Below, piece by piece: positions 29,829-39,757 of a stretch of DNA of 64,000 nucleotides. The stretch's first letter is position 1, and the number at the start of each line of letters is the position of its first letter. Source of the DNA: an uncultured delta proteobacterium (GTDB taxonomy: Bacteria > Desulfobacterota > Desulfobacteria > Desulfobacterales > UBA2156); assembly GCA_963736855.1 (NCBI GenBank), contig CAVTQK010000017.1, positions 32,885 to 96,884 on the forward strand, written 5' to 3'. The notes under the pieces are model-generated. The model saw nothing but the letters and a program-made list of their open reading frames with translations, was not told the origin of the DNA and did no database searches. The position numbers were made by a program, and so were the translations under genes.

Positions 29829-30670
29829 CTATTCTACCATCAAAGACAGGGAAAGGGAGGAATTTGCTGAGGAACTGCCGGTGGAGAGAATGTCGCGGAT
29901 AACCTCGTTGGTCTGTTCGCTCGCTCCTGCGATGGTCACCCACTGTCCCTTGGGCACGGTCATGGTTGTCGAGGCTTCTGTGAAGCGCACCACTCCCCGA
30001 TCTCCTTCCTCAAGGGAAGATATCCTTGGGATGATCTCGATATGAGCGTTGTTTCCCGAAACCACGGGCCGAACCTCAAATCCTGTCTCAACACGCTGGA
30101 AATTCACCCTTTCCATTACACGGGCATATCGACGGGTCAGGTAAACCCATTGCTCTGTAAAAGGGATATCCTTTCCAATCCAGAGATAGGCAGAGCTTCC
30201 GGACATGACCGAGATAAAGGACTCTGTCGTCCCCTGCCTGTTGACCCTCGTGTCCCTTGCCCGGACATGGACTCCTTCTCTTGCTGCTCCTGCCGGTACC
30301 TACCGACCACCGGTCCCCTGAGATCCTCCCTGATGCGGATAGGTCTCTATCTTGAGAAACGCCTGTTTCCTGAAACCGGATCCTTACCCTTACCTGCTCT
30401 GCAGGTTTGTCCATGTCGGTCACAAGAGCCTTGATTTTGGCTATCGGATTCGCTTGTGTCGTTGACGATGATGATATTGGTTCGTGAATCGGGGACAGCC
30501 TTTCCGCCAGGAGAAAGCAGGGTTTCCACCAAAGGGAGAATGTCAGATACATTCCTGTGGTTGACTTCTATGATAGCCACCTCAGCTTGAGAGGAATTCG
30601 TAAAAAGCACCAGCGAGATGGATATCATGCCGAGAGCGATGATCAGCGTGCTTCTTCTCGTAGATACCAT
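29829..30670 (-). CDS. secretin N-domain (NolW-like) exported protein, split over three frames
   Basis: Signal peptide, DSRTNIIIVND, IAKIKALVTDMDKP.EQVRVRI, GFEVRPVVSG and WVTIAG. Confidence 0.6.
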
Positions 30671-31045
30671 ATGCTAAATATACCTTTAAATGACTGAGAT
30701 GGCAAGAGCTGCACACTGGTTCCTGCTTCACGCAACAGGGTAATTCTCTCAGAGACGGATAGCTGTCGGCTAAACCGTTAAGCTCTCTGTCCGTGGCTTT
30801 CAATGGAAGTTGATTGTCCCAAAAAGCCGGTGAGTTCCATTTTTTTCTTGACATTTTGGAGGATTGAAATTTGAGCGCATTTCAGGATATCTTAATGATT
30901 ATGATGTGATAAGGACACCCGGAAGAGGGGTAAGCCGCAGGTCTAGGAAAATTTTTGACGAATCTTGCGATAGAAAAAACCGCCGGAAATATGAGTCGTA
31001 AGGTCCGACATCCCAACATAAAAGAATCAGAAAGGAGCAGCGACG

Positions 31046-31360
31046 ATGAAAAAAAGAAATATCGTAATCAACTGTCTATTGATCCTTGCGTTGATCGTTA
31101 CCTTTGCCGCCTGCGGATCGACTCCCAAGAAAGCCAGCACGGGCGAAGTCATCGACGACTCGGTTATCACGACCAAAGTCAAAGCTCTGCTTGCAGCCGA
31201 TAATCTGCTCAAGTCAATACAGATCGGTGTCGAAACTTACCGGGGTACCGTTCAACTGAGCGGTTTTGTTAATTCCCGAGAGGTTGTTGAGAAGGCAGAG
31301 CAAATCACAAAGAGCGTCCAGGGAGTCAAATCCGTAAAGAATGATCTGATTGTGAAATAA
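31046..31360 (+). CDS. BON-domain lipoprotein
   Basis: Lipobox FAAC; IDDSVITTKVKA, GTVQLSGFV and VKSVKNDL. Confidence 0.88.
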   Translation: MKKRNIVINCLLILALIVTFAACGSTPKKASTGEVIDDSVITTKVKALLAADNLLKSIQIGVETYRGTVQLSGFVNSREVVEKAEQITKSVQGVKSVKNDLIVK

Positions 31361-31513
31361 GCGGCTGCTGTAACCGGTCCTCTGATCGGTATTTGAAAAG
31401 CACCCGAACCGCTTCAAATACAAGATGCCGGTTCCAAACAGGCTACCGGAGGCGGTCTGGATCAAACCGCCCTCTCTGAAAATACGCAAGTCTAAGTTGT
31501 GCTGTCCCCTATC

Positions 31514-32599
31514 TCATCTAGATGAACATGGGTCGCCTAAGCAAGTCAGGCCTGGAATGAATATGGTGGTTACATCCCCTCCTCTCCAGGGAATCTCATC
31601 GCATGTCATTTGATCAGTCCAAACACAACAGGTATACCCGGTTAAAGTCGAAGTTATATAGCATGCGCCGGGGCATTCTTTACCGTCATCAAATGTAGCT
31701 CCCGGATAGGCTGCAATCGCAATCAGGACCGGACATATAATGGCATGGCGGATTTGGAAAATTGGGATAACATGCGCCAAGACCTGCGGACGCAGGTAAT
31801 ATGACAAAGACTGGCCGCAGGGATTGCAATTCATTCTCTCAGCGTATGCAAATGTCTCAAGGTTCACCCAATTATCTACGAGAACTTGTCTTGCTAAACT
31901 CACCTCGGAAGAAGTATGTGTACTTTTAAACCGGATCCATACTTCAAAGGCGATAGAAGCTGCAAGATCGAGCCGGTCTAAATAATTATCCATCCTCCGA
32001 TCCTCAATATTCATTTCGGGTTCGGCAGGAAAATCTTGTGGGTGCGTCCAGGATCGCATCGAAATCGACGTGATTCCGGGCGGTGGCTTTTCGCAGCGTG
32101 CTACAGCCGATACCAAGCCTGGATTTTGGGCGATCCAGGTGCGCATCGCACTTAAATCCTGGCCGGTTTCGGCTTCGTAAGCACTGATGGCCTCCAGAAG
32201 CGCCGAATCGCTGAAATCGATATCTACCGGGAATGTCTTTCCTTCAATGGTCAGATCAAAGTGGCTTGCATCACCGGACCAGGACAGCGTCAATACCGCG
32301 TCAGGAGATAGAATGGTCACCGGTCTGAGGCAGGCGTCTGTTTTGGTCTGAACCACGCCCTGGGGTGTGACATAGGCAAACCCATCCGGAAAGGGGGCGT
32401 CGCAAACATCACCGATCCCGTTTCCGTTTGCGTCGGCCTGGTCGGGATTTGCCGTGAGGGGGCAGTTGTCACCGGAATTGAGCACCCCGTCGCCGTCCGA
32501 GTCAAGCCCTCCCGTGGCGCCGATGGCACGGCCGCTATTAATAATTGCCAGCATGATCAGGATCATGAAGGGGATTATAAAGGAACGAAATTTTTGCAT
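31514..32599 (-). CDS. secreted protein with thrombospondin type-3 Ca-binding repeat and Cys-rich tail
   Basis: Signal peptide, then DSDGDGVLNSGDNCPLTANPDQADANGNGIGDVCD. A probable indel lies near the C-terminus. Confidence 0.7.
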   Translation of the reverse strand: MQKFRSFIIPFMILIMLAIINSGRAIGATGGLDSDGDGVLNSGDNCPLTANPDQADANGNGIGDVCDAPFPDGFAYVTPQGVVQTKTDACLRPVTILSPDAVLTLSWSGDASHFDLTIEGKTFPVDIDFSDSALLEAISAYEAETGQDLSAMRTWIAQNPGLVSAVARCEKPPPGITSISMRSWTHPQDFPAEPEMNIEDRRMDNYLDRLDLAASIAFEVWIRFKSTHTSSEVSLARQVLVDNWVNLETFAYAERMNCNPCGQSLSYYLRPQVLAHVIPIFQIRHAIICPVLIAIAAYPGATFDDGKECPGACYITSTLTGYTCCVWTDQMTCDEIPWRGGDVTTIFIPGLTCLGDPCSSR

Positions 32600-32937
32600 G
32601 ATGTCCTCCCGAAAGCCAGGGTTATTCCAAGCAGAGGGTCGACTCGCATCGATGACGGATTGTATTGCATCGACCAAACCTCCATATGCCTCGTCAGAAC
32701 TGCCGCCGGTGCGGATAAACTTGCGCCTGATTGAAGAATGAATGGCGTTTCGGCACTATTTGGTCCTCAGAACATCTGGTTGCCATAGCGATAATATCCG
32801 TTGGATTCAGTAATTATCGGAAGGAAAATGGGGTGTCAATAAATATTTAATAGCGGTTTTATGAGTCACATCTGAGAACGTTGCCTTAAGAAGATCGGGG
32901 AGTTGTAAAAACGAATCAAAAAATATTTGTTTGTCTC

Positions 32938-32974
32938 TTGACAAAATCAAATGGTTATTTAAAATAGCTATTTG
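32938..32974 (+). promoter_or_regulatory. promoter with overlapping inverted repeat (candidate TetR operator)
   Basis: TTGACA at 32938 and TAAAAT at 32960, overlapped by CAAATGGTTATTT-A-AAATAGCTATTTG (32948-32974). Confidence 0.45.
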
Positions 32975-33010
32975 AATATTTGAAGCTAAGAAATATATCA
33001 AGGGAATGTG

Positions 33011-33706
33011 ATGAAGATACCCGGAAAAAATACTGCAAAAACTTACCAGAGCCTGCTGAGGATTGCGGCCGAGGTTTTTGCCGAAAAAGGGTACCGAGAT
33101 GCAACCATTGCGGAAATTTGCAGACGGGCCAGGGCAAATGTCGCTGCGGTAAACTATCACTTCGGGGATAAGAAAAATCTCTACCGAGAGGCTTGGCGCC
33201 ATTCATTTCTCCAATCCATTAATGCTCATCCGCCGGATGGTGGCGTAAGTAACGATGCGCCCCTTGAAGAACGTTTTCAAGGCCGGGTGATGGCTCTCAT
33301 TCATCGGATTGCAGACAAGAACAACAAAAATTTTCTGATTCTTCATAAGGAGCTTGTCAACCCGACGGGTCTGCTGGAGGAAGCCATCAGAAAAGAACTC
33401 AGGCCTCTTCACGATAAAATGGAAACTCTGGTTCGTGAGCTCCTGGGTCCACGCGCTTCAGACGTTAAGGTTCGCTTCTGTGTGATCAGCATCATCAGCC
33501 AGTGCATTAATCCGATGGTTGCAAAAAAAGGCCGGAAGGGAAAGAAGGAAGTAAAAGAAGGCCCCCCGGGAATCGAGGATATTAAAGCCTATGCCGAACA
33601 TGTTGTGAAATTTTCCCTTGCCGGGATCCGTTCTATATGCAAGGAGGCTAAAGAAAGGCAAGGCAATGTTCAGATGAGACAAAGCTTAAGAGATGTTTTA
33701 AAATAG
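33011..33706 (+). CDS. TetR-family regulator (CecR/DUF1956-like)
   Basis: HTH FAEKGYRDATIAEICRRARANVAAVNYHFGDK. Confidence 0.9.
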   Translation: MKIPGKNTAKTYQSLLRIAAEVFAEKGYRDATIAEICRRARANVAAVNYHFGDKKNLYREAWRHSFLQSINAHPPDGGVSNDAPLEERFQGRVMALIHRIADKNNKNFLILHKELVNPTGLLEEAIRKELRPLHDKMETLVRELLGPRASDVKVRFCVISIISQCINPMVAKKGRKGKKEVKEGPPGIEDIKAYAEHVVKFSLAGIRSICKEAKERQGNVQMRQSLRDVLK

Positions 33707-33715
33707 GATTAACCC

Positions 33716-35170
33716 ATGAATGATCTGAAACGGCAAATCTTCAATCGACCGATATTGTGGTTTGGTGCGGTGTTCGCGATGCTGATCGTTGCGGGGTGTG
33801 CCGCAGTGGGGCCGGATTACCATCCGCCCGAAACGCCGACTTCTCCAGCCTGGCATACGCCGCTCAAGGGAGGTCTTACAAGCGGAGAGGCCGATCCAAA
33901 AAATCTGGCTTCATGGTGGATGACCCTCAATGATACGGTGCTTTCCAGCCTGATGGACCGAGCGGTTTCAGGCAACCTCGATTTGAAGAAGGCTTTGGCG
34001 CGGATTCGGGAAGCGCGCGCCCGGCGAAGCATCGCCGAGGCCGGCCTCTTTCCCACTCTCGATGCTGCGGGTTCCGCCGCCTGGAGCCGCAGAAGCAAAG
34101 ATACGGGGAGCGGAAAAAGCAGTGAACTTTATGCGGCAGGTTTTGATGCCGGGTGGGAGCTGGATATCTTCGGCGGGGTGCGTCGATCGGTGGAGGCTGC
34201 CGAAGCGGACCTTCAGGTGCGCGGAGAAGAATTGCGCGATGTCCTCGTTTCCCTGCTTGCAGAAACGGCTTTTAACTATGTCGAGGCTAGAACCTACCAG
34301 GCCCGCCTGACTGCGGCGGAAGCAAACCTGGAAGCTCAAAATGAGTCTTACCAGTTGGCCTTATGGCGAAATCAAGCGGGTTTGAGCGATGCGCTGGCCC
34401 TGCAGCAGGCCCGTTACAATGTTGAAAGCACCCGTTCCCAGATACCGACCCTGCGTACCGGGCTGGAGGAGGCCATGAATCGCATCGCTGTGCTTCTGGG
34501 AGAACAGCCCGGGAAAATCCACGAATCAGTTGAGAAAATAATGCCTATCCCGGTTACTCCACTGAAGGTCTTCGTGGGTGTACCGGCCGAAGCGCTGCGC
34601 CGCCGTCCGGATGTACGCAGCGCCGAACGAGCGCTTGCCGCACAGACGGCAAGGGTTGGTGTGGCTACAGCGGATCTCTACCCCAGGTTCACGTTGAGCG
34701 GATCCATCGGATTGGAAACCGTTTCACTGGGTAATGTTTCTTCTTCCGGAATTTGGACTTTGAGCGGCGGCCCTCGAATCACCTGGGCGGTTTTTAATGC
34801 CGGAGCCATCCGCCAAAACATCGAAGTGCAATCCGCCTTGCAGGAGCAGTACCTGATCGCCTACGAGGCCGCTGTGCTCAGTGCGATGGAAGAGGTTGAA
34901 AACGCCCTTGTTGCCTATGCAGGGGAACAGCAGCGGAGGCAATCTTTGATCGAGGCGATGCAGGCGGCTCGTGATGCGGCAGAGCTTGCGCAGCAAAAGT
35001 ACCGAGTCGGCCTGACGGATTTCAGCAATGTACTGGATGCGCAGCGCTCTCTATTGTCTTTCCAGGATCAACTGGCCCAAAGCGACGGGACCGTAACTTC
35101 CAACCTGGTGCGCCTGTATAAGGCTCTGGGAGGAGGATGGAATTCCCTTTCCCCTGATGAGAATAAGTAG
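33716..35170 (+). CDS. efflux outer-membrane lipoprotein (NodT/TolC family)
   Basis: Lipobox VAGC; WELDIFG, RRRPDVRSAE and LYKALGGGW. Confidence 0.92.
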   Translation: MNDLKRQIFNRPILWFGAVFAMLIVAGCAAVGPDYHPPETPTSPAWHTPLKGGLTSGEADPKNLASWWMTLNDTVLSSLMDRAVSGNLDLKKALARIREARARRSIAEAGLFPTLDAAGSAAWSRRSKDTGSGKSSELYAAGFDAGWELDIFGGVRRSVEAAEADLQVRGEELRDVLVSLLAETAFNYVEARTYQARLTAAEANLEAQNESYQLALWRNQAGLSDALALQQARYNVESTRSQIPTLRTGLEEAMNRIAVLLGEQPGKIHESVEKIMPIPVTPLKVFVGVPAEALRRRPDVRSAERALAAQTARVGVATADLYPRFTLSGSIGLETVSLGNVSSSGIWTLSGGPRITWAVFNAGAIRQNIEVQSALQEQYLIAYEAAVLSAMEEVENALVAYAGEQQRRQSLIEAMQAARDAAELAQQKYRVGLTDFSNVLDAQRSLLSFQDQLAQSDGTVTSNLVRLYKALGGGWNSLSPDENK

Positions 35171-35190
35171 CATGTGATTGGAGCAAAGAA

Positions 35191-36492
35191 ATGAAATCAA
35201 AAATCAATCCGGAGTCCGATGTTGCTAAAACACTGGGAATGGATGCATCGTCGAATGTAAAAAAGGGTCTGAGGCGATGGTTTATCTTGGCCTTCCTGGC
35301 GGCAGCAGTGGTGATAGCGGTTGTAATCTGGAAAAGTACGAATAATTCCGATTCGGTGCAATACAAAACCGAGGAGGTCCGACGCGGCGATCTGACGGTC
35401 ATCGTAACCGCAACGGGCACCTTGCAGCCGACCAACAAGGTCGATGTGGGAAGCGAGTTATCCGGTATCATCAAGAGCGTTGGAGTTGACTACAACGACC
35501 GGGTAAAGGTCGGCCAGATTTTAGCTAAACTGGATACTTCGAAACTCGAAGCGCAGGGGACCCAATCCAGGGCATCTCTGGAATCGGCAAAGGCCAGGGT
35601 CTTGCAGGCTCAGGCGACAGTCGGCGAAACACGCAGCAAGCTTGCACAGCTTCAAAAGGTTTGGGAATTAAGCAATCGAAAAGTTCCTTCACAGGCGGAT
35701 CTCGATGCTGCAGAAGCGGCTTTCGAACGGGCCAAGGCCGATGAAGCCAGCGCCAGGGCGGCAGTCTCTCAGGCCCAGGCCACTCTGGAAGCCCATGAGA
35801 CCGATCTTTCCAAATCGGTGATCCGGTCTCCTATCAACGGGATTGTTCTTACGCGCAGCATAGAGCCCGGACAGACCGTAGCCGCCTCCTTTCAGGCCCC
35901 GGTGCTCTTCACTCTGGCCGAAGACTTGACCCAGATGGAACTGCATGTCAATGTGGATGAGGCCGATATCGGTAAAGTGCAGGAGGATCAAAAAGCGACG
36001 TTCACCGTTGCCGCCTATCCGAATCGCAATTTCGATGCACGGATCACCCAGGCCCGTTTCGGTTCGTCAACGACTTCAGGAGTCGTCACCTACGAAGCCG
36101 TCCTTAAGGTCGACAACTCGGACCTCTCTTTGAGGCCCGGAATGACGGCCACCGCGGATATCACGGTCAAAAAAGTCGAAAATGCCATCCTGATACCCAG
36201 TTCAGCGCTGCGTTTTACGCCGCCGGCACAGAAAGAGAAGAAGCAGGAGAAGAAATCTTCCGGCAGTCTCGTCGGTTCCCTGATCCCGCGTCCGCCCAGA
36301 CAAAGTTCTCAACAGCGCGACAACGCGACGAGTAACAAATCACAGCAGCGGGTCTGGATATTGAAGGATGGGCAGCTCTCAGCCGTCCCTGTCACGATCG
36401 GGTCGACAAATGGAAGTATGACTGAAGTTGTGGCCGGAGACATCGAACCCGGGATGACGGTGGTGGTGGATACCATCAGTGCGGTGAAATGA
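35191..36492 (+). CDS. efflux periplasmic adaptor (MacA-like)
   Basis: TGTLQP...VGSELSG, IRSPING, GQTVAASF and LRPGMTA. Confidence 0.9.
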   Translation: MKSKINPESDVAKTLGMDASSNVKKGLRRWFILAFLAAAVVIAVVIWKSTNNSDSVQYKTEEVRRGDLTVIVTATGTLQPTNKVDVGSELSGIIKSVGVDYNDRVKVGQILAKLDTSKLEAQGTQSRASLESAKARVLQAQATVGETRSKLAQLQKVWELSNRKVPSQADLDAAEAAFERAKADEASARAAVSQAQATLEAHETDLSKSVIRSPINGIVLTRSIEPGQTVAASFQAPVLFTLAEDLTQMELHVNVDEADIGKVQEDQKATFTVAAYPNRNFDARITQARFGSSTTSGVVTYEAVLKVDNSDLSLRPGMTATADITVKKVENAILIPSSALRFTPPAQKEKKQEKKSSGSLVGSLIPRPPRQSSQQRDNATSNKSQQRVWILKDGQLSAVPVTIGSTNGSMTEVVAGDIEPGMTVVVDTISAVK

Positions 36493-37217
36493 GCATGATG
36501 GCCATCAATCATACAGACAACCAACCCATTATTGAGCTGCAAGGCGTGACGAAAGTATACGGCACCGGCCAGGCGGCTATGCATGCACTTCGCGGCATTG
36601 ATCTTCGAATTGATGAGGGCGAGTTTGTGGCGGTCATGGGACCCAGTGGATCGGGCAAGTCCACCTGTATGAACATCCTTGGCTGTCTGGATACGCCGAC
36701 CGCGGGGGTTTATAAGTTCAAAGGCATTGAAGTGGGCAAACTGACCCGCACCCAGCGGACGCGGCTACGCCGATTCTACCTGGGTTTTGTCTTTCAGGGC
36801 TATAATTTACTAAATCGTACCTCGGCCCTGGAGAACGTGGAACTCCCCTTGATTTATCGCCGTGTCCCCGCCGGAGTGCGGCGAGCGCATGCCATTAAGA
36901 CGCTGGAGAAAGTGGGTCTCAAGGGCTGGGAATCCCACACCCCCGGCGAGCTCTCAGGAGGTCAGCAACAGCGGGTAGCCATTGCACGGGCGATTGTGAC
37001 GGAACCCGCCGTATTGTTTGCGGACGAACCTACGGGTAACCTGGATACGGCACGAAGCCGTGAAATCATGGATCTGCTCATCGGTCTGAACCGCGACCCC
37101 GGAATCACCATCGTCATGGTCACTCATGAAATGGATATGGCAGCCTATGCGAAGCGCATCATCCATTTCCTGGACGGTCTGGTGGCATCCGGTGAGGAAA
37201 ACGGGAGGGCAACATAA
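36489..37217 (+). CDS. ABC ATP-binding protein (MacB-type)
   Basis: [22 protein letters not shown] and ADEPTGNLD. Confidence 0.92.
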   Translation: MSMMAINHTDNQPIIELQGVTKVYGTGQAAMHALRGIDLRIDEGEFVAVMGPSGSGKSTCMNILGCLDTPTAGVYKFKGIEVGKLTRTQRTRLRRFYLGFVFQGYNLLNRTSALENVELPLIYRRVPAGVRRAHAIKTLEKVGLKGWESHTPGELSGGQQQRVAIARAIVTEPAVLFADEPTGNLDTARSREIMDLLIGLNRDPGITIVMVTHEMDMAAYAKRIIHFLDGLVASGEENGRAT

Positions 37218-38422
37218 TGCTGTGGACCACGATTATACTGGCCTTGCGTGAAATCAGGCGAAATGTCATGCGGTCGTTTCTGACCATTCTGGGAATCGTC
37301 ATCGGTGTAGGAGCAGTTATCACGATGGTGACCATCGGCGGGGGCGCTACGGCCCAAATTCAAGAGCAGATTGCAAGCATGGGGAGCAATGTGCTCATCG
37401 TCACTCCCGGAAGGAGACTCGGTCCGGGCCAATCCTCAGGCAACATCCCTTTCAAACAGGCTGACGGAGAGGCTATTCTCAGTGACGTCAGCTCGATTGC
37501 TGCCGTGGCCCCGGTCTCTTCCAAAAGCATCCAAGCCGTATTCGGCAATGAAAACTGGTCGACCTCGGTCACCGGAAGCGATAATAAGTTTCTTCGGGTT
37601 ACGAACAGATCCATAAGTGCCGGCCGACAGTTCAGCGACAGCGAATTGCGTGCCGGTGCGGCGGTTTGTCTCGTGGGGGAGACCGTGCGTAAGAAATTGT
37701 TCGGAGGGCAGGAATTTTTGGGGGAAAATATTCGTCTTGAAAAACTCTCCTGCCAGGTGATCGGCATCCTGGAAGCCAAGGGGCAGAACACCATGGGCAT
37801 GGATCAGGACGATATCATCCTCATCCCGTTACGCACTTATCAGCGGCGTATTTCAGGCAACCTGGATATCGCTCGCTTTCAGCTCTCGGTTCAGGATGGC
37901 GCCTCGACCGAAAAGGCTCAGCAGGACATCCGATCATTGATGAGGGAGAGGCGTCATCTATCACCCAGCGATGATGATAACTTCAACGTCATGGACATGA
38001 AGGAGATCGCCAACATGCTGACCGGAACCACGCAACTGCTCACAGCCTTGCTGAGTGCCGTAGCGGCCGTAAGCCTCCTCGTCGGCGGCATCGGCATCAT
38101 GAACATCATGCTGGTGTCGGTGACCGAGCGCACCCGGGAGATTGGCATCCGGCTCGCCATCGGCGCCCTCGAGAGTGAAGTGCTCATACAATTCCTGGTG
38201 GAAGCGGTTGTGCTCTCTTCATTGGGCGGATTGATCGGGATTGTGGCCGCTCTTGCCGGATCTGTCTGGCTCGCAAGCGTGTTGCGAGTACCCTTTGTTT
38301 TCAACGCCGGCATCATCGGCGTCGCCTTCCTGTTTTCGGCCGCGGTGGGCGTGATTTTCGGCTACTTTCCAGCGCTGAAAGCCGCACGACTGGACCCGAT
38401 CGATGCATTGCGCTATGAATAA
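37217..38422 (+). CDS. ABC permease (MacB/FtsX family)
   Basis: RSFLTILGIVIGV, VGGIGIMNIMLVSVTERTREIGIR and AARLDPIDALRYE. Confidence 0.92.
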   Translation: MLWTTIILALREIRRNVMRSFLTILGIVIGVGAVITMVTIGGGATAQIQEQIASMGSNVLIVTPGRRLGPGQSSGNIPFKQADGEAILSDVSSIAAVAPVSSKSIQAVFGNENWSTSVTGSDNKFLRVTNRSISAGRQFSDSELRAGAAVCLVGETVRKKLFGGQEFLGENIRLEKLSCQVIGILEAKGQNTMGMDQDDIILIPLRTYQRRISGNLDIARFQLSVQDGASTEKAQQDIRSLMRERRHLSPSDDDNFNVMDMKEIANMLTGTTQLLTALLSAVAAVSLLVGGIGIMNIMLVSVTERTREIGIRLAIGALESEVLIQFLVEAVVLSSLGGLIGIVAALAGSVWLASVLRVPFVFNAGIIGVAFLFSAAVGVIFGYFPALKAARLDPIDALRYE

Positions 38423-38472
38423 AGGGACAAGGTGGACAGATCCCATCCAATCCAGCCAAAGGGAGATGATGT

Positions 38473-39693
38473 GTGAAATCCGATCTGCTGATAAAGATTT
38501 TCAGTCGGAAAATGCTGGTGGCTTTTATAATGGGTTTTGCTTCCGGCCTGCCTTTACTTTTAACGTCCACTTTGCTGCAGGCATGGCTTAAGGATGGTCA
38601 GGTTGAGCTTTCAACCATTGGTTTGGTTTCTCTGCTGAGTTTACCCTATACGTTGAAATTCATCTGGGCGCCTTTTTTAGACTGCTATTCGATTCCCGGA
38701 TTCGGCCGTCGAAAAGGGTGGTTGCTGATTTTTCAACTGCTCTTGATCGGTTCAATCTTCGGAATGGGTTCATCCGACCCGGTGAAATCGCCGTTGCTCC
38801 TGGGCATCCTGGCTTTGACTGTGGCTTTTTTCAGCGCGTCCCAGGATATTGTCATTGATGCTTACCGACGGGAGGATTTAACGGATAAGGAACTGGGTTT
38901 AGGTTCTTCTTTATATGTCAACGGCTACCGCGTCGGTATGCTTTTGGCCTCCGGTGGCGGTTTGATTCTGTCGGATCACTATTCGTTTGGCGCAGTCTAT
39001 TATTTTATGGGGTTATGCCTCTTCATCGGGGTATTAGCGACTTTATTGACGCCGGAACCTCAAATCGGCACGCTGTTGCCGGCCTCTTTTAGAGATGCGG
39101 TGATTTTGCCGTTTATTGATTTTTTAAAACGCAAGGAAGCCTTCTGGATTTTAGCATTTATTGTGCTTTATAAAATCGGCGATAACATGGCTGCAACGAT
39201 GACGATCCCATATTACATGGAAATCGGTTTTACCAAAACACAAATTGGAGCAGTAGTTAAGCTTTTCGGATTTTGGGCGACAATTATCGGCAGTCTGGCC
39301 GGTGGAATTATGATGCTGAAAATCGGTATTAACAAATCCCTCTGGATCTTTGGTGTATTGCAGGCCGTTTCGACACTCTGTTTCGGCGTTTTAACCATCA
39401 CCGGCCCTAATAATTGGATATTGGCCGGAGTGATCGCATTTGAAAATCTGACCGGCGGCATGGGGACAACGGCTTTTGTGGCGTTTATGCTTTCTTTAAC
39501 CAACAGAGCTTATACGGCCACCCAGTATGCGCTGCTAAGCAGTTTCATGGGGATTCCCAGGGTTTTTGCTGCTGCACCGACCGGATATCTGGTGCAGGCA
39601 TTCGGCTGGTGGAATTTTTTTGTCATGTGCACCCTGGTGGCTATTCCCGGTATGCTCCTGCTCCTGGTTTTTGCCCCTTTTAAGAAACAGTAG
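38473..39693 (+). CDS. ampG: AmpG-family muropeptide MFS permease
   Basis: GFASGLP, LKFIWAPFLD, SASQDIVIDAY and ATQYALLSS. Confidence 0.88.
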   Translation: MKSDLLIKIFSRKMLVAFIMGFASGLPLLLTSTLLQAWLKDGQVELSTIGLVSLLSLPYTLKFIWAPFLDCYSIPGFGRRKGWLLIFQLLLIGSIFGMGSSDPVKSPLLLGILALTVAFFSASQDIVIDAYRREDLTDKELGLGSSLYVNGYRVGMLLASGGGLILSDHYSFGAVYYFMGLCLFIGVLATLLTPEPQIGTLLPASFRDAVILPFIDFLKRKEAFWILAFIVLYKIGDNMAATMTIPYYMEIGFTKTQIGAVVKLFGFWATIIGSLAGGIMMLKIGINKSLWIFGVLQAVSTLCFGVLTITGPNNWILAGVIAFENLTGGMGTTAFVAFMLSLTNRAYTATQYALLSSFMGIPRVFAAAPTGYLVQAFGWWNFFVMCTLVAIPGMLLLLVFAPFKKQ

Positions 39694-39757
39694 GAATGTT
39701 ATAGAAGCCAAATAGATTCATTCAGAAAACGAGGAAAAATCAAAAAAGGGAAATCCG

